DNA of 54,181 nucleotides from Nitrososphaerota archaeon (GCA_022565935.1 JADFJY010000001.1:1-54181); one strand, 5' to 3'. Numbered from the stretch's first letter, positions 10,276-19,692 are shown. Notes: generated by a model not told the origin, from the letters alone. Program-made: numbers and translations.

Positions 10276-12429
10276 TTGATCTTAGAAAGATATTATAGTG
10301 TAATAATTGTCGTTGGAAGTGTGGCTGTTGCAGAGCTTTTAATGGGCAGTGTTATACTTCCAAGAACTGAATCTCCAAAAGCAATATCACGTCTAGCTGA
10401 GTTTGAATGGTTTCATAAAACGGAGACTGATAATGAAACAGTAACTCCTGAAATTGATGATCTTCTTTTACGGGCACAAAAAACACACCAATTTATTGAA
10501 GATGTGGTTAAGGGATTGAATATTCCTCTACGAGTTGGTATTATGGAAATTCTTTTCAAAGGTACTATAATTAAAAAGACAAATTATGATATTGATGAAA
10601 TTGAAGACATGATTGTAGATCTGGAGAAAACTCCAGATAGTATTACTAAAGCAGCTAAAGTATTAGAAGAAAATTCAGAGATTAATCACTCTCTAGAAGA
10701 ATTCAAATCATTAAAAGAAACATTACAAGTTGCAAACAAGCTGAAAGTTGATCTTAGTGGTTTTGGATCAATGAATTATTTTTATACAAATCTATTTGTC
10801 ATTAATTCTTCGGATTATGGTGAGATTGAAAGAACATTAGAAGGCATACCAATTTTCAAATATGATTTAGAATCTAAAGAAAAATCAGCTATTATAATAA
10901 TTTCAGGTATTGATGACTCTGATAAAATTCTCAAAGTTATGCGAGCCCTTAATGCTAATCCTTTTAGCATACCCAAAGATTTTCCTCAGATTCCAAGTGA
11001 AGCATATTCTTTAGCAGAAGAAAAGATTAAAGAATTAACAGTAAAACAAAAATCAATTTCAAAAGAATTAGCTTCTATCACAAAAAAAATTCGTCGTGAA
11101 ATTCTCACAATGCATGAAAATTCGTTTGTAGCAAAAGAGGTTCTTGAAACATTACGTAAACCTGGTGGCACCAAAAATTTTGCAGTAATTCAAGGATATA
11201 TCCCAAAGAAGATGGAAAAAAAGTTCAAAGAAGCAACAAGTCAATGGACATCAATTACTGAAGAAATAAAAGATGAAGAGACACTTTCAGATCTTCCTGT
11301 TTATTTGGATAATCCTAGATGGGTTAGAACATATGAAGTAATTACTAACAGCCAAGGAATTCCCAAGCGAGGAGAATTTGATCCTACTTGGATGATAGCA
11401 CTCATGTGGCCAATATTTTACGGATTAATGTTTGCAGATTTAGGCCATGGGTTATTGTTAATGTGTTTAGGACTCTTGTTCAAATTCAAAGGACAAGGTA
11501 ATCTGTCAAGATGGGGAATGTTACTTGCAATGTCGGGAGGAGCAGGTGCGCTTGCTGGAATTTTTCAGGGAGAGGCATTTGGTTTTCATATAGAACACTT
11601 GGCAGGTATGGAAGCACTGTTACATGAAGGTGGACCACTTCATTCAATTTCATGGTTGATAGGTTCAATCAGTGTAGCAGAATTAACATTTGATCAAGTA
11701 ATCATGATTTTAAAAGTATCATTATTCTTGGGAGTAATTCATTTATCATGGGCTTTTCTTTTACGAATTCATAACTTTTGGAAAAGTGGTAATAGAGATG
11801 GACTGATTTTTGAAGCTATTCCAAATTTGTTCATGTGGTTAGGAGTTTTTGGAGTGATGATGGGAGCAATAGGTTCTGGTTATGATGTCATGAATATGTA
11901 TTCTAAAATTCACACAGAAGCTGTTCCTTGGGTTTCAATACTAGTTGGAGAGTGGGCAGTTGTATGGATAGTTGTCAGAGTTTCAATTATTCTCATACTT
12001 GCATGTGTTATACTGATGATAATTGGTGGAATAAAACATAACAAAAAACATCCAGAGGATGGTGGAGATATGGTAAGTGTAATGATGGAAGTTTTACTTG
12101 GAAAAACTATTGAATGTCTCGCACACTCGATCAGTTATGCACGATTAGGAATTATGCTTCTAGTACATGCCGCTCTTTTGCTTACAGTTAACCAGGCCTT
12201 TGAAAACTTGGGAGGAATTACTAGTCCAATGGCTCTTGTGCTCATCATAGGAGGGCAAATAGGAATCATGATGATTGAAGGTTTGATTGTATACATACAG
12301 TCACTAAGGCTTCACCTCTATGAGTTCTTTACAAAATGGTATGTTGGTGGTACTCAACCATTCAAACTATTAGTTCCAGAAAGGGTTTACAATACATATT
12401 CTTGGAAGAATAAGAAAAAATACAAGTAG
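10276..12429 (+). CDS. atpI: A-type ATP synthase subunit I (a); true start may be about 12-15 codons downstream
   Basis: EFDPT, FYGLMFADLGHG, ISYARL (essential Arg) and LRLHLYEFFTK motifs. Confidence 0.95.
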   Translation: MILERYYSVIIVVGSVAVAELLMGSVILPRTESPKAISRLAEFEWFHKTETDNETVTPEIDDLLLRAQKTHQFIEDVVKGLNIPLRVGIMEILFKGTIIKKTNYDIDEIEDMIVDLEKTPDSITKAAKVLEENSEINHSLEEFKSLKETLQVANKLKVDLSGFGSMNYFYTNLFVINSSDYGEIERTLEGIPIFKYDLESKEKSAIIIISGIDDSDKILKVMRALNANPFSIPKDFPQIPSEAYSLAEEKIKELTVKQKSISKELASITKKIRREILTMHENSFVAKEVLETLRKPGGTKNFAVIQGYIPKKMEKKFKEATSQWTSITEEIKDEETLSDLPVYLDNPRWVRTYEVITNSQGIPKRGEFDPTWMIALMWPIFYGLMFADLGHGLLLMCLGLLFKFKGQGNLSRWGMLLAMSGGAGALAGIFQGEAFGFHIEHLAGMEALLHEGGPLHSISWLIGSISVAELTFDQVIMILKVSLFLGVIHLSWAFLLRIHNFWKSGNRDGLIFEAIPNLFMWLGVFGVMMGAIGSGYDVMNMYSKIHTEAVPWVSILVGEWAVVWIVVRVSIILILACVILMIIGGIKHNKKHPEDGGDMVSVMMEVLLGKTIECLAHSISYARLGIMLLVHAALLLTVNQAFENLGGITSPMALVLIIGGQIGIMMIEGLIVYIQSLRLHLYEFFTKWYVGGTQPFKLLVPERVYNTYSWKNKKKYK

Positions 12430-12443
12430 GAGATAGAAAGGTT

Positions 12444-12530
12444 ATGTCAAAAGAATTCATAATTACTTTAATTCCTGCACTTGTTATACTTGGATTCGCC
12501 ATTTTTGGATTAATGGTAGTTGGTTCATAG
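12444..12530 (+). CDS. 28-aa single-TM micro-protein directly after atpI
   Basis: Hand translation MSKEFIITLIPALVILGFAIFGLMVVGS; SD-like AGGAG at 12428-12432. Confidence 0.6.
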   Translation: MSKEFIITLIPALVILGFAIFGLMVVGS

Positions 12531-12563
12531 TTTGTTGTAATGTTTAGTGTTTATTTTTCACGA

Positions 12564-13340
12564 TTATCTTTCCACAGGTAAATCTAGTTTATTTCCCCAT
12601 TCACCCCAAGAGCCCAAATATACGCGGACATTCGTAAAACCAAGTTTCTTTAATGCAAGAAATGTGTTGGCAGCACGATAGGCTCCTTGACAATAAGTCA
12701 CTATTTCAGAATCTTTTGGCATTTGGTAAAGTTTGGATAGTTCATCATCTGATTTGAAAGTACCATCATCGTTGATATTGAGATTCCAATCAATATTGAC
12801 AGATTTTGGAATATGCCCTACTTGTGCTGCTCTGATAATAGTTCCATCAAATTCCCCCTTAGATCTAGCATCAATAATCTTTAGTGTGTTGATATTTTCA
12901 GAAATGTATTCATAACTAGAAATTATTTCAGGATTAATTTTTCCAGAAAATTTTGAGGGATGAAAAGGGTTTGCTTTTGTTTCAATTGATAGATTTTCTT
13001 TTTTCCATTTTTTCATGCCACCATCTAATATAGATACATCTGGATGAGAGAAATATTCTAACATCCAAACTCCTCTTGCAGCAAGCATACCAGAAACATC
13101 ATCATAAAAAATAATTTTCTTTTTGGAGCTTATACCAACAAATGAAAATATCATCTCTGCTTGTTTGTTAAAATTTTGTATTCCTTCTTTTGTTGTATCT
13201 ATCCAATGAAATGCAAACAGATCTAAATTAACAGCCCCTGGAATATGTCCTTCTGAATATTCCTTAAAAGAGCGAGTATCAATAATTAAAATATTAGAGT
13301 CGTTAAGAATTGAATCAAGTTTAGTTGTAGAAGTTAACAT
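12564..13340 (-). CDS. Two-domain rhodanese / thiosulfate sulfurtransferase (start reassigned to MLTST, 13340)
   Basis: GHIPGAV, LDGG, active-site YCQGAYRA and YLGSWGEW motifs. Confidence 0.9.
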   Translation of the reverse strand: MLTSTTKLDSILNDSNILIIDTRSFKEYSEGHIPGAVNLDLFAFHWIDTTKEGIQNFNKQAEMIFSFVGISSKKKIIFYDDVSGMLAARGVWMLEYFSHPDVSILDGGMKKWKKENLSIETKANPFHPSKFSGKINPEIISSYEYISENINTLKIIDARSKGEFDGTIIRAAQVGHIPKSVNIDWNLNINDDGTFKSDDELSKLYQMPKDSEIVTYCQGAYRAANTFLALKKLGFTNVRVYLGSWGEWGNKLDLPVER

Positions 13341-13380
13341 GATTTTGGTAAATTGATCAAATCTAAATTGATTTGTATTC

Positions 13381-13404
13381 AAAAAAAATAAAAAGAAAAG
13401 AAAA
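13381..13404 (-). terminator. Oligo-U archaeal terminator after amt
   Basis: Minus strand reads TTTTCTTTTCTTTTTATTTTTTTT just after the amt stop. Confidence 0.6.
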
Positions 13405-13413
13405 GGGTTTTTT

Positions 13414-14979
13414 CTATTCGTTAACGTATGCTCTTTCGCCGTGCTGGGCCAAATCAATGCCAATCTCCTCTTCTTTAGGAGTGACTCTGATTCCACCTGG
13501 CCAGATGGTATCCATTACCTTGAAGATTATAATGGTAACACCAAAGGAATAACCTACTGATATTGCAGCACCAATGATGCTGATTGCTTGCTGTTCCATT
13601 CCTTCTGGAGTACCAGTCCATGCGCCGATACCGTCTCCAGTATCCCAAACGTGTGGACTAGCTAATGTTCCAGTCAAAATTGCACCTGTAAGACCACCCA
13701 TTCCGTGTACTCCCCATACATCTAACGCGTCGTCCCATTTGCGTGCATTCTTGAATGCTATACATGCATAACAAACTGTTCCAGCAGCAATACCTATTAT
13801 AATCGAAGCCATTGGACCTACCCAACCTGAAGCTGGAGTGATTGCTACCAATCCTGCTACTGCACCTGTTGCAGCTCCTACTATACTTGGTTTTCCGGTA
13901 TGTGCCCATGACATCAAGACCCATGTTACTGAAGACATACCTGTTGCGGTATTAGTTACAGTCCATGCGCTTACGGTAATGCCGTCTACCATTACTTCAC
14001 TTCCTGCGTTGAAACCAAACCAACCAAACCAAAGTATGGATGCACCTAGTACAACCATTGGAATGTTGTGTGGTTCCATTGGAACTTTGCCATATCCAAG
14101 TCTTCTGCCAAGGACTAAGGCTCCTGCCAATGCAGCGAATCCTGAAGTAATGTGTACTACAGTACCACCAGCAAAGTCTAATGCGTATGATGGCGATAAG
14201 TCTGGATCAAGGTCAAGTGATCCTCCTCCTATGAGACCGCCTCCCCAAACCATGTGTGCTATTGGGTCATAAACGAAGGTACCCCATAAGAGTACGAATA
14301 TGATTAATGCGCTGAATTTGATTCTGTCAATCAAACCACCAACAATTAGTGCTGGAGTGATAATTGCGAATGTTGCTTGGAACATTGCAAATAGTTGGTG
14401 AGGTACTGTACCCGGCCAACCTTGACTACAAACATCTGCATCTTTGAACTGTTGCATCTGGTAAGCGTTAGACCATGTGTCTACACAAGGTCCTGGTTCA
14501 CCTAATGGTGCCCATGCTGAGACCATATTAAAGCCAGCATAGTCTAAACTTCCCATGTACATGTTTGCGCCTTCATCTGCATTTGGTGCGAATGCTAGCG
14601 AGTATCCCCATAGAACCCATTGTACTGACATTAAACCAATAATTACAAAGGTCATGCCGATGACGTTTACTGCGTTCTTTGATCTGGATAAACCACCATA
14701 AAAGAATGCAACGCCGGGAGTCATGAAGAGTACTAATGATGTTGCCGTAAGCATCCATGCCATATCACCTGTATCTACCATACAAGGGAGCATGCCACCT
14801 TCGCCATCATCAAACCAACACTCGTTAGGATTACCAGTGTAAATTCCACTGGTTCCTAATACATATCCGTCCATACCATCATCAACACTTTGTGCATATG
14901 CCATAGACATAGCACCAGTTGCTGTGATTGATACTGCGGCTACAAGTAATAGAGCATACTTGTAGTTCCTAGAATTCAT
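13414..14979 (-). CDS. amt: Ammonium transporter (Amt family)
   Basis: DFAGGTVVH, WFGWFGFNAGS and DDALDVWGVHG motifs (twin His); elevated GC and codon bias suggest high expression. Confidence 0.97.
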   Translation of the reverse strand: MNSRNYKYALLLVAAVSITATGAMSMAYAQSVDDGMDGYVLGTSGIYTGNPNECWFDDGEGGMLPCMVDTGDMAWMLTATSLVLFMTPGVAFFYGGLSRSKNAVNVIGMTFVIIGLMSVQWVLWGYSLAFAPNADEGANMYMGSLDYAGFNMVSAWAPLGEPGPCVDTWSNAYQMQQFKDADVCSQGWPGTVPHQLFAMFQATFAIITPALIVGGLIDRIKFSALIIFVLLWGTFVYDPIAHMVWGGGLIGGGSLDLDPDLSPSYALDFAGGTVVHITSGFAALAGALVLGRRLGYGKVPMEPHNIPMVVLGASILWFGWFGFNAGSEVMVDGITVSAWTVTNTATGMSSVTWVLMSWAHTGKPSIVGAATGAVAGLVAITPASGWVGPMASIIIGIAAGTVCYACIAFKNARKWDDALDVWGVHGMGGLTGAILTGTLASPHVWDTGDGIGAWTGTPEGMEQQAISIIGAAISVGYSFGVTIIIFKVMDTIWPGGIRVTPKEEEIGIDLAQHGERAYVNE

Positions 14980-15080
14980 TAAATTTATCGAAATTGGAGA
15001 ACATTTAAGGATTGTAAACTATAAAATTTGTAAAATAGTAAATTATTATATTTTAGTATACTTTGATATTAACATAGAAT

Positions 15081-15776
15081 ATGAAAACTAAATCATTGAG
15101 AGAACCAGGTTTAAAATTAGCAATTTTTAATACATTCAAAACTAAAGGTGATGAACTAACAGGTGAGGCAAATAGACAAAGAGCAATCATCACAATACTT
15201 GCCAGCAATGCAAATCCTGCAGAAAGAACAAGAACAGGGATTTCTCAAAGAATAGCAAAAAAACATGGAATATCATGGAAGAATATCTATTCAGGAATTT
15301 TTCGTGATATGGATGAGATTTTGCTTCCTATGAAGATTGCAGAGGAGGATGGAAGATTACCTCTAAAAAGAGGCCCAAAGGCTCTTCAGGAAATAGGAAT
15401 CCCATATTATCACTTAACCAAAAAGGGTACTTTGATAGCACTATCAATAAGTGAAATTAATAATAGAGAAAAATTACTAAAAGATTTTTTCTCCAAGTCC
15501 GAATCTGGTGAAAAAAACTTTGAGAAAATTATCTCTAATCTTTTAAAGACCAGTCCTAATTTTACATATTCAATTTTTCAAAAATATGTCAAGGCTTTTT
15601 GCAATAATGAAATTAAAGATCTGCTTCCTTTTGATCTATCAAAACTTAGGGAAATTTCAGACGAGTCTTTAAGTATTCAAAAGGAGTTTTTGGAGGCGTT
15701 TTTAAAACTATCAAAACAAGAAAAAGACGAGGCCATCAGATTCCTCAATGAAATAACCAAACCACAAGCGAGATAA
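15081..15776 (+). CDS. Uncharacterised protein, predicted winged-helix DNA-binding; divergent from amt
   Basis: HTH-like RTGISQRIA...KNIYSGIFRD followed by wing-like PYYHLTKKG. Confidence 0.6.
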   Translation: MKTKSLREPGLKLAIFNTFKTKGDELTGEANRQRAIITILASNANPAERTRTGISQRIAKKHGISWKNIYSGIFRDMDEILLPMKIAEEDGRLPLKRGPKALQEIGIPYYHLTKKGTLIALSISEINNREKLLKDFFSKSESGEKNFEKIISNLLKTSPNFTYSIFQKYVKAFCNNEIKDLLPFDLSKLREISDESLSIQKEFLEAFLKLSKQEKDEAIRFLNEITKPQAR

Positions 15777-15817
15777 CGCCAAACATTAAAATCAGTAATT
15801 TATTGAGAACAAACAAA

Positions 15818-16852
15818 ATGGCTGGAACTAAAAACGTCTTTGCATCTGTAAAGTCGTATAGTAAAAAAGGAAAATTATTAAAAAAAGCTGATTTTCAAAC
15901 CTTGGCAGAATCAAGAGATCTTGATGAATTAATGACGAGAATTAAAAATACAGTTTATGGAGAAGCAGTATCAGATGTTGAGAAACCTTACACATCTCAG
16001 GGTATTGAATCTGCTCTAAAAAGTCACCTAGCTGATGTTCATTATAGCATAGCAAAAACTGCAGGTGAGTCACGCATCTTAGATGCTTATTATTTGAAAT
16101 TTATCATTTCTAATTTAAAACAAATTCTAAAAGGAAAAGCTTTGGGAAAATCTCAAGAAGAGATTGAAATTCACATTAATCTTCGTGCTGAAGAATTAAT
16201 CAAGCAAAGAGATGTTGTAATCAAAGCGCTTATAGCAAAAGATTTGGAAGAAACAGTTGCAAGTTTAAACCAAGTAGAATTTGGTGAAGAGATTGCAAAA
16301 GCAGCAGCTTTGTATGCAGATAAAAAAAATATCCAAATCTTTGATACATACTTTGATAAAATTTTGTATACACGTCTTGTAAAGGCACTAAAATCTGGAG
16401 ACATAGATGCAAGTAGATTAATTAGTATGGATATTGATTTTTATAATATTCTAAGTGTAATTAGAGGAAAGTTCTGGGGACTTGATGAACAACAAATTCA
16501 AGATTTGATTGTAATTCAATCTCCAGCTGCAAAAGATTTGCTAGGAAGAATGATTTCAGCTGGATCAATAAGAGATGCATTCAATGAACTTGCAAACACA
16601 AAATATGCTAATTTAGTTCCTCAGGTTGAAAATGAATTAGATGCAATAGCTGAATTTGAGAGAGCTTTTGAAATAGCAATTTACAAAGCCTCGTTAAACT
16701 CTTTCACAAAAATGTTCAGTTTAGCAACAACAGTAGGAATTACAAAACTAACTGCATATGAAGTAAGAAATCTAGCAGCAATTGCATACGCAGTTGAACA
16801 AAAAATACCAACTGAAACCACTATGTCTAAATTGATTTTAGAGACAGAATAG
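15818..16852 (+). CDS. atpC: A-type ATP synthase subunit C (AC39-like)
   Basis: All-helical; IDFYNILSVIRGK and YEVRNLAAIA motifs typical of subunit C/d. Confidence 0.9.
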   Translation: MAGTKNVFASVKSYSKKGKLLKKADFQTLAESRDLDELMTRIKNTVYGEAVSDVEKPYTSQGIESALKSHLADVHYSIAKTAGESRILDAYYLKFIISNLKQILKGKALGKSQEEIEIHINLRAEELIKQRDVVIKALIAKDLEETVASLNQVEFGEEIAKAAALYADKKNIQIFDTYFDKILYTRLVKALKSGDIDASRLISMDIDFYNILSVIRGKFWGLDEQQIQDLIVIQSPAAKDLLGRMISAGSIRDAFNELANTKYANLVPQVENELDAIAEFERAFEIAIYKASLNSFTKMFSLATTVGITKLTAYEVRNLAAIAYAVEQKIPTETTMSKLILETE

Positions 16853-16865
16853 ACTGGTATAAAAT

Positions 16866-17096
16866 ATGAGTAAATTTCCAACGAAAAAAAATGAGACATC
16901 AATTGATGTTCTTACGAATTGGGTAAGTATCTCTATGGCATTGATTTTTGCTCTACCATCATTAGGAATATTTTTGGGAATTTACTATGGAACAGGAAAT
17001 CTGATTATAGGGGCAGTATTAGGATTTGGAGTTCATATTGTTACGCTTGCATTTTCAGGCAGAATTTCAAAGTATCTAGACAAGATTATGAATTAA
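16866..17096 (+). CDS. Small two-TM membrane protein
   Basis: Two hydrophobic Gly-rich helices; 13 bp after atpC. Confidence 0.7.
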   Translation: MSKFPTKKNETSIDVLTNWVSISMALIFALPSLGIFLGIYYGTGNLIIGAVLGFGVHIVTLAFSGRISKYLDKIMN

Positions 17097-17128
17097 TCTA
17101 TATTGATCTTATTTCAAGATGATATACT

Positions 17129-17779
17129 ATGATGGGTGATAGAAATTATCGAAATATTATTCAAAGTGCAATAGGTTCTATAGGAAGAGAATTAGAAATT
17201 GATATAGATTCTAAAGATATTCAAACTATTCATCTTCAAGAAGTAGTCCAATGTCTAAGACGCTCATATTATGACAGAGTTGAACCCAGTGAAATTGAAA
17301 GGAGGGGATTTAATGAACTTCTCTCAGGATTGTTAAGAAAATTAGAGTATGGAAGTGAGCCAAAAGAATTTGCAATAGACGATATCAAGCTAAAGGGACA
17401 GGTCGATATGTTAGTAGATGATTCCGTTCTTTTATTCAGATCGGCAATAGGTGAGTTAGAAAATCCCCAAGCAAATGATATTCTATATCTTAATGCATGT
17501 ATGTGGATATATGATATAGTTGATGGGGTAATTGTATACATTACAGGAGACAGAAAAGAAACAACTTTTTCATTAACACGCAACAAAAAGATGTTTGAAG
17601 AAATAATCAGAAGAGTCAGAGTTTTACATGATCTTCTTAAAGAACAAAAAACGCCTATCTTAGAACCATCATCTGATTGTTCTAATTGTCAATATTATGA
17701 AAGATGTTTCATGAAAAAGAAGATGTCCAGACAGGTATCTCTTTTAGGAATATTGGGTGCAGGTAAAAATTCAGATTAG
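17129..17779 (+). CDS. cas4: Solo Cas4-like Fe-S protein with degenerate nuclease motifs
   Basis: CLRRSYY plus CSNCQYYERC four-Cys pattern and GQVD motif II; no other cas genes or array in the window. Confidence 0.75.
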   Translation: MMGDRNYRNIIQSAIGSIGRELEIDIDSKDIQTIHLQEVVQCLRRSYYDRVEPSEIERRGFNELLSGLLRKLEYGSEPKEFAIDDIKLKGQVDMLVDDSVLLFRSAIGELENPQANDILYLNACMWIYDIVDGVIVYITGDRKETTFSLTRNKKMFEEIIRRVRVLHDLLKEQKTPILEPSSDCSNCQYYERCFMKKKMSRQVSLLGILGAGKNSD

Positions 17780-17816
17780 ATAAATGAAAAATATGAAAAA
17801 AGGATTTTTCCTTTGT

Positions 17817-17927
17817 TTAATCTAGTGGTTCTGGATGTCCTTTACCACGAAGTGCGAAAGTCACTACTGCTAGAGCAATTGCGACTCCTGCTGCTGCGCC
17901 AAATGCGGCTATACCTGCTTCTGCCAT
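17817..17927 (-). CDS. 36-aa Ala/Gly-rich single-TM micro-protein
   Basis: Hand translation MAEAGIAAFGAAAGVAIALAVVTFALRGKGHPEPLD; about 50% GC against an AT-rich background; TTATAAAA about 25 nt upstream. Confidence 0.7.
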   Translation of the reverse strand: MAEAGIAAFGAAAGVAIALAVVTFALRGKGHPEPLD

Positions 17928-18025
17928 TTGATAAAAACTCTCTTAACGTACTTTTATAACTTTGCCAATATTTTTTTGCTAAAAACAAACTATCATAATT
18001 TTAAAATTTTATGATACTATAAGTT

Positions 18026-18583
18026 CTATTTTGTAAATTCAAAATGAAGTTCGTTTTCTTGGCCACTTGTTAAAGAACTTAGATTTGAATAGATAGTACC
18101 AGTTACTCGCCATGTTGATGTATTATCTTCAAGATTAGTCCACAGTTCAGGAGTATTTCCAGAATTTTTGATATCAATAGTATCTTTTAGTATGATAAAG
18201 TTATCACCAAGAAGAACATAATAGTTTGAACCAAATTCAACCATTCCCGTAGGTCTAGTTCCTATTTCACCACCTTTGATATGTTCAATCTCAGAATAAC
18301 CTGTTTCAAATAGTCGATAATCCAAAGTTTGAATGATTACAGCACGTGGATTAGGATTAATTATTTTAAATGCAATTTTAATTGTAGCTGATCGTTCTGA
18401 AATTCTAATAACAGAAATATCAACTAGTTCAACTTCAAGAGGTGGAACGAGTGTAATGTTCGGATCCTCTACAGGAATTTCATCTTGAGGTGTTACAATC
18501 AGTAGTGGACCTGTAAAAAGAATTCCTCCTAATACAGCAAGTAATGCTACAACTGCAATACCAAGAAAGACTTTACGATTCAT
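18026..18583 (-). CDS. Membrane-anchored LEA_2/WHy-like protein
   Basis: N-terminal TM; FKIINPNP...LDYRL beta-sandwich pattern. Confidence 0.6.
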   Translation of the reverse strand: MNRKVFLGIAVVALLAVLGGILFTGPLLIVTPQDEIPVEDPNITLVPPLEVELVDISVIRISERSATIKIAFKIINPNPRAVIIQTLDYRLFETGYSEIEHIKGGEIGTRPTGMVEFGSNYYVLLGDNFIILKDTIDIKNSGNTPELWTNLEDNTSTWRVTGTIYSNLSSLTSGQENELHFEFTK

Positions 18584-18633
18584 AATTTTGCATCTCTTTA
18601 GATATCTTAAATGTTAAGATAGTTATTATACCA

Positions 18634-19008
18634 TTGGAGACAAAAAAAATTATGCAGTATTTTCAAGCAGTTCAAGAAGGAAAACAAAGAGCAAGCAAAT
18701 CACAAATGAAGATGTTTGAAGCAGCAGGATTTGGGATGTTAACTTTGACAACCAAAAAAGTTAATGGTAATTTTTTTCCAGTTGGGGAGGAAGAGTTTAC
18801 TGCTATAATTAATTCCCCAGATGGAAATATAGTAATTATTGTAGATAAAGATGGTTTTACAAAGGCTCAATCAAAGGCAGTTTCAAAAGAGGAAGCCCTA
18901 ACAATTTTCAAAAAACTTAGAGAATCAGGAATTGTTGAATATTCAGAAAAAGATATTCAGATTTGGTCTCAAACAAGACCAACAATTCAAAACGAGATTT
19001 CTAAATAA
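18634..19008 (+). CDS. Hypothetical protein
   Basis: 124-aa ORF with genome-typical composition filling the gap. Confidence 0.7.
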   Translation: METKKIMQYFQAVQEGKQRASKSQMKMFEAAGFGMLTLTTKKVNGNFFPVGEEEFTAIINSPDGNIVIIVDKDGFTKAQSKAVSKEEALTIFKKLRESGIVEYSEKDIQIWSQTRPTIQNEISK

Positions 19009-19692
19009 TTATTTTGAAGAGAGGATAATTTCAGTGCCTACATTGTCACCCTTTATGGCCTTTTCAATAATTTTTGGATCAGCCTTTATGATTCTTGTTT
19101 TAATTTTGGAGCGCTCGATAATTTTTAGAGCAACAATATCCATCAAGTCATAGCCTCCTGCAATAGAATCTTCATGAACTAACATATTTCTCAAATTTCT
19201 TATTTCAATCCGTTTAAATTTTTTTGCTGTTTTGAATTTATTAGGATCCCTATCATAAACTCCATCAACATCAGTAGCGTTAAGGAATTGTTCAGCATGT
19301 ACTTTTTCAGCAATTAACGCAGCAGTGCCATTAGTACTTTGACCAGGATGTAAACCACCTGTTACAACTATTAATCCATCATCTACTGCATGTTTTACTT
19401 CCTGTAAAGTTGTTGGTGGATGTGAATATGCTTTATTTTTTAGAGCATAAATCAATAGTTTTGCATTAAGTTTTGAAATTTCAATTCCAAGTTCATCAAG
19501 AGTAGATTCATCTGCGCCAGAGGATCTTGCATGAGAAATGTAATGTCGTGCAATGCTTCCACCTCCAGCAACAATAATTGGTTGACAAATTTTACTAATT
19601 TTTACTAGAAATTGAGCATAATCTTTTAGTGCTTTGACATTATCTGTTCCAAAAACTTTACCAGATAATTTAATCACAATTTTCTTTTTCAA
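19009..19692 (-). CDS. pyrH: UMP kinase (archaeal type)
   Basis: IVIKLSG, VAGGG, PGQSTN and [11 protein letters not shown] motifs. Confidence 0.93.
   Translation of the reverse strand: MKKKIVIKLSGKVFGTDNVKALKDYAQFLVKISKICQPIIVAGGGSIARHYISHARSSGADESTLDELGIEISKLNAKLLIYALKNKAYSHPPTTLQEVKHAVDDGLIVVTGGLHPGQSTNGTAALIAEKVHAEQFLNATDVDGVYDRDPNKFKTAKKFKRIEIRNLRNMLVHEDSIAGGYDLMDIVALKIIERSKIKTRIIKADPKIIEKAIKGDNVGTEIILSSK

Noticed and set aside
13341-13496. N-terminal extension of the rhodanese ORF in the track
   Set aside because: Overlaps the amt 3' end and its oligo-T terminator; translation is low-complexity (FLFFLFF)
13574-14758. Overlapping alternative-frame and antisense ORFs within amt, and similar ones in atpB, ABC1, aCPSF1 and bluB
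   Set aside because: Shadow ORFs of well-supported genes with no recognisable motifs
17780-18025. CRISPR array near the cas4-like gene
   Set aside because: No repeat-spacer periodicity here or elsewhere in the window; the gap holds a micro-ORF instead
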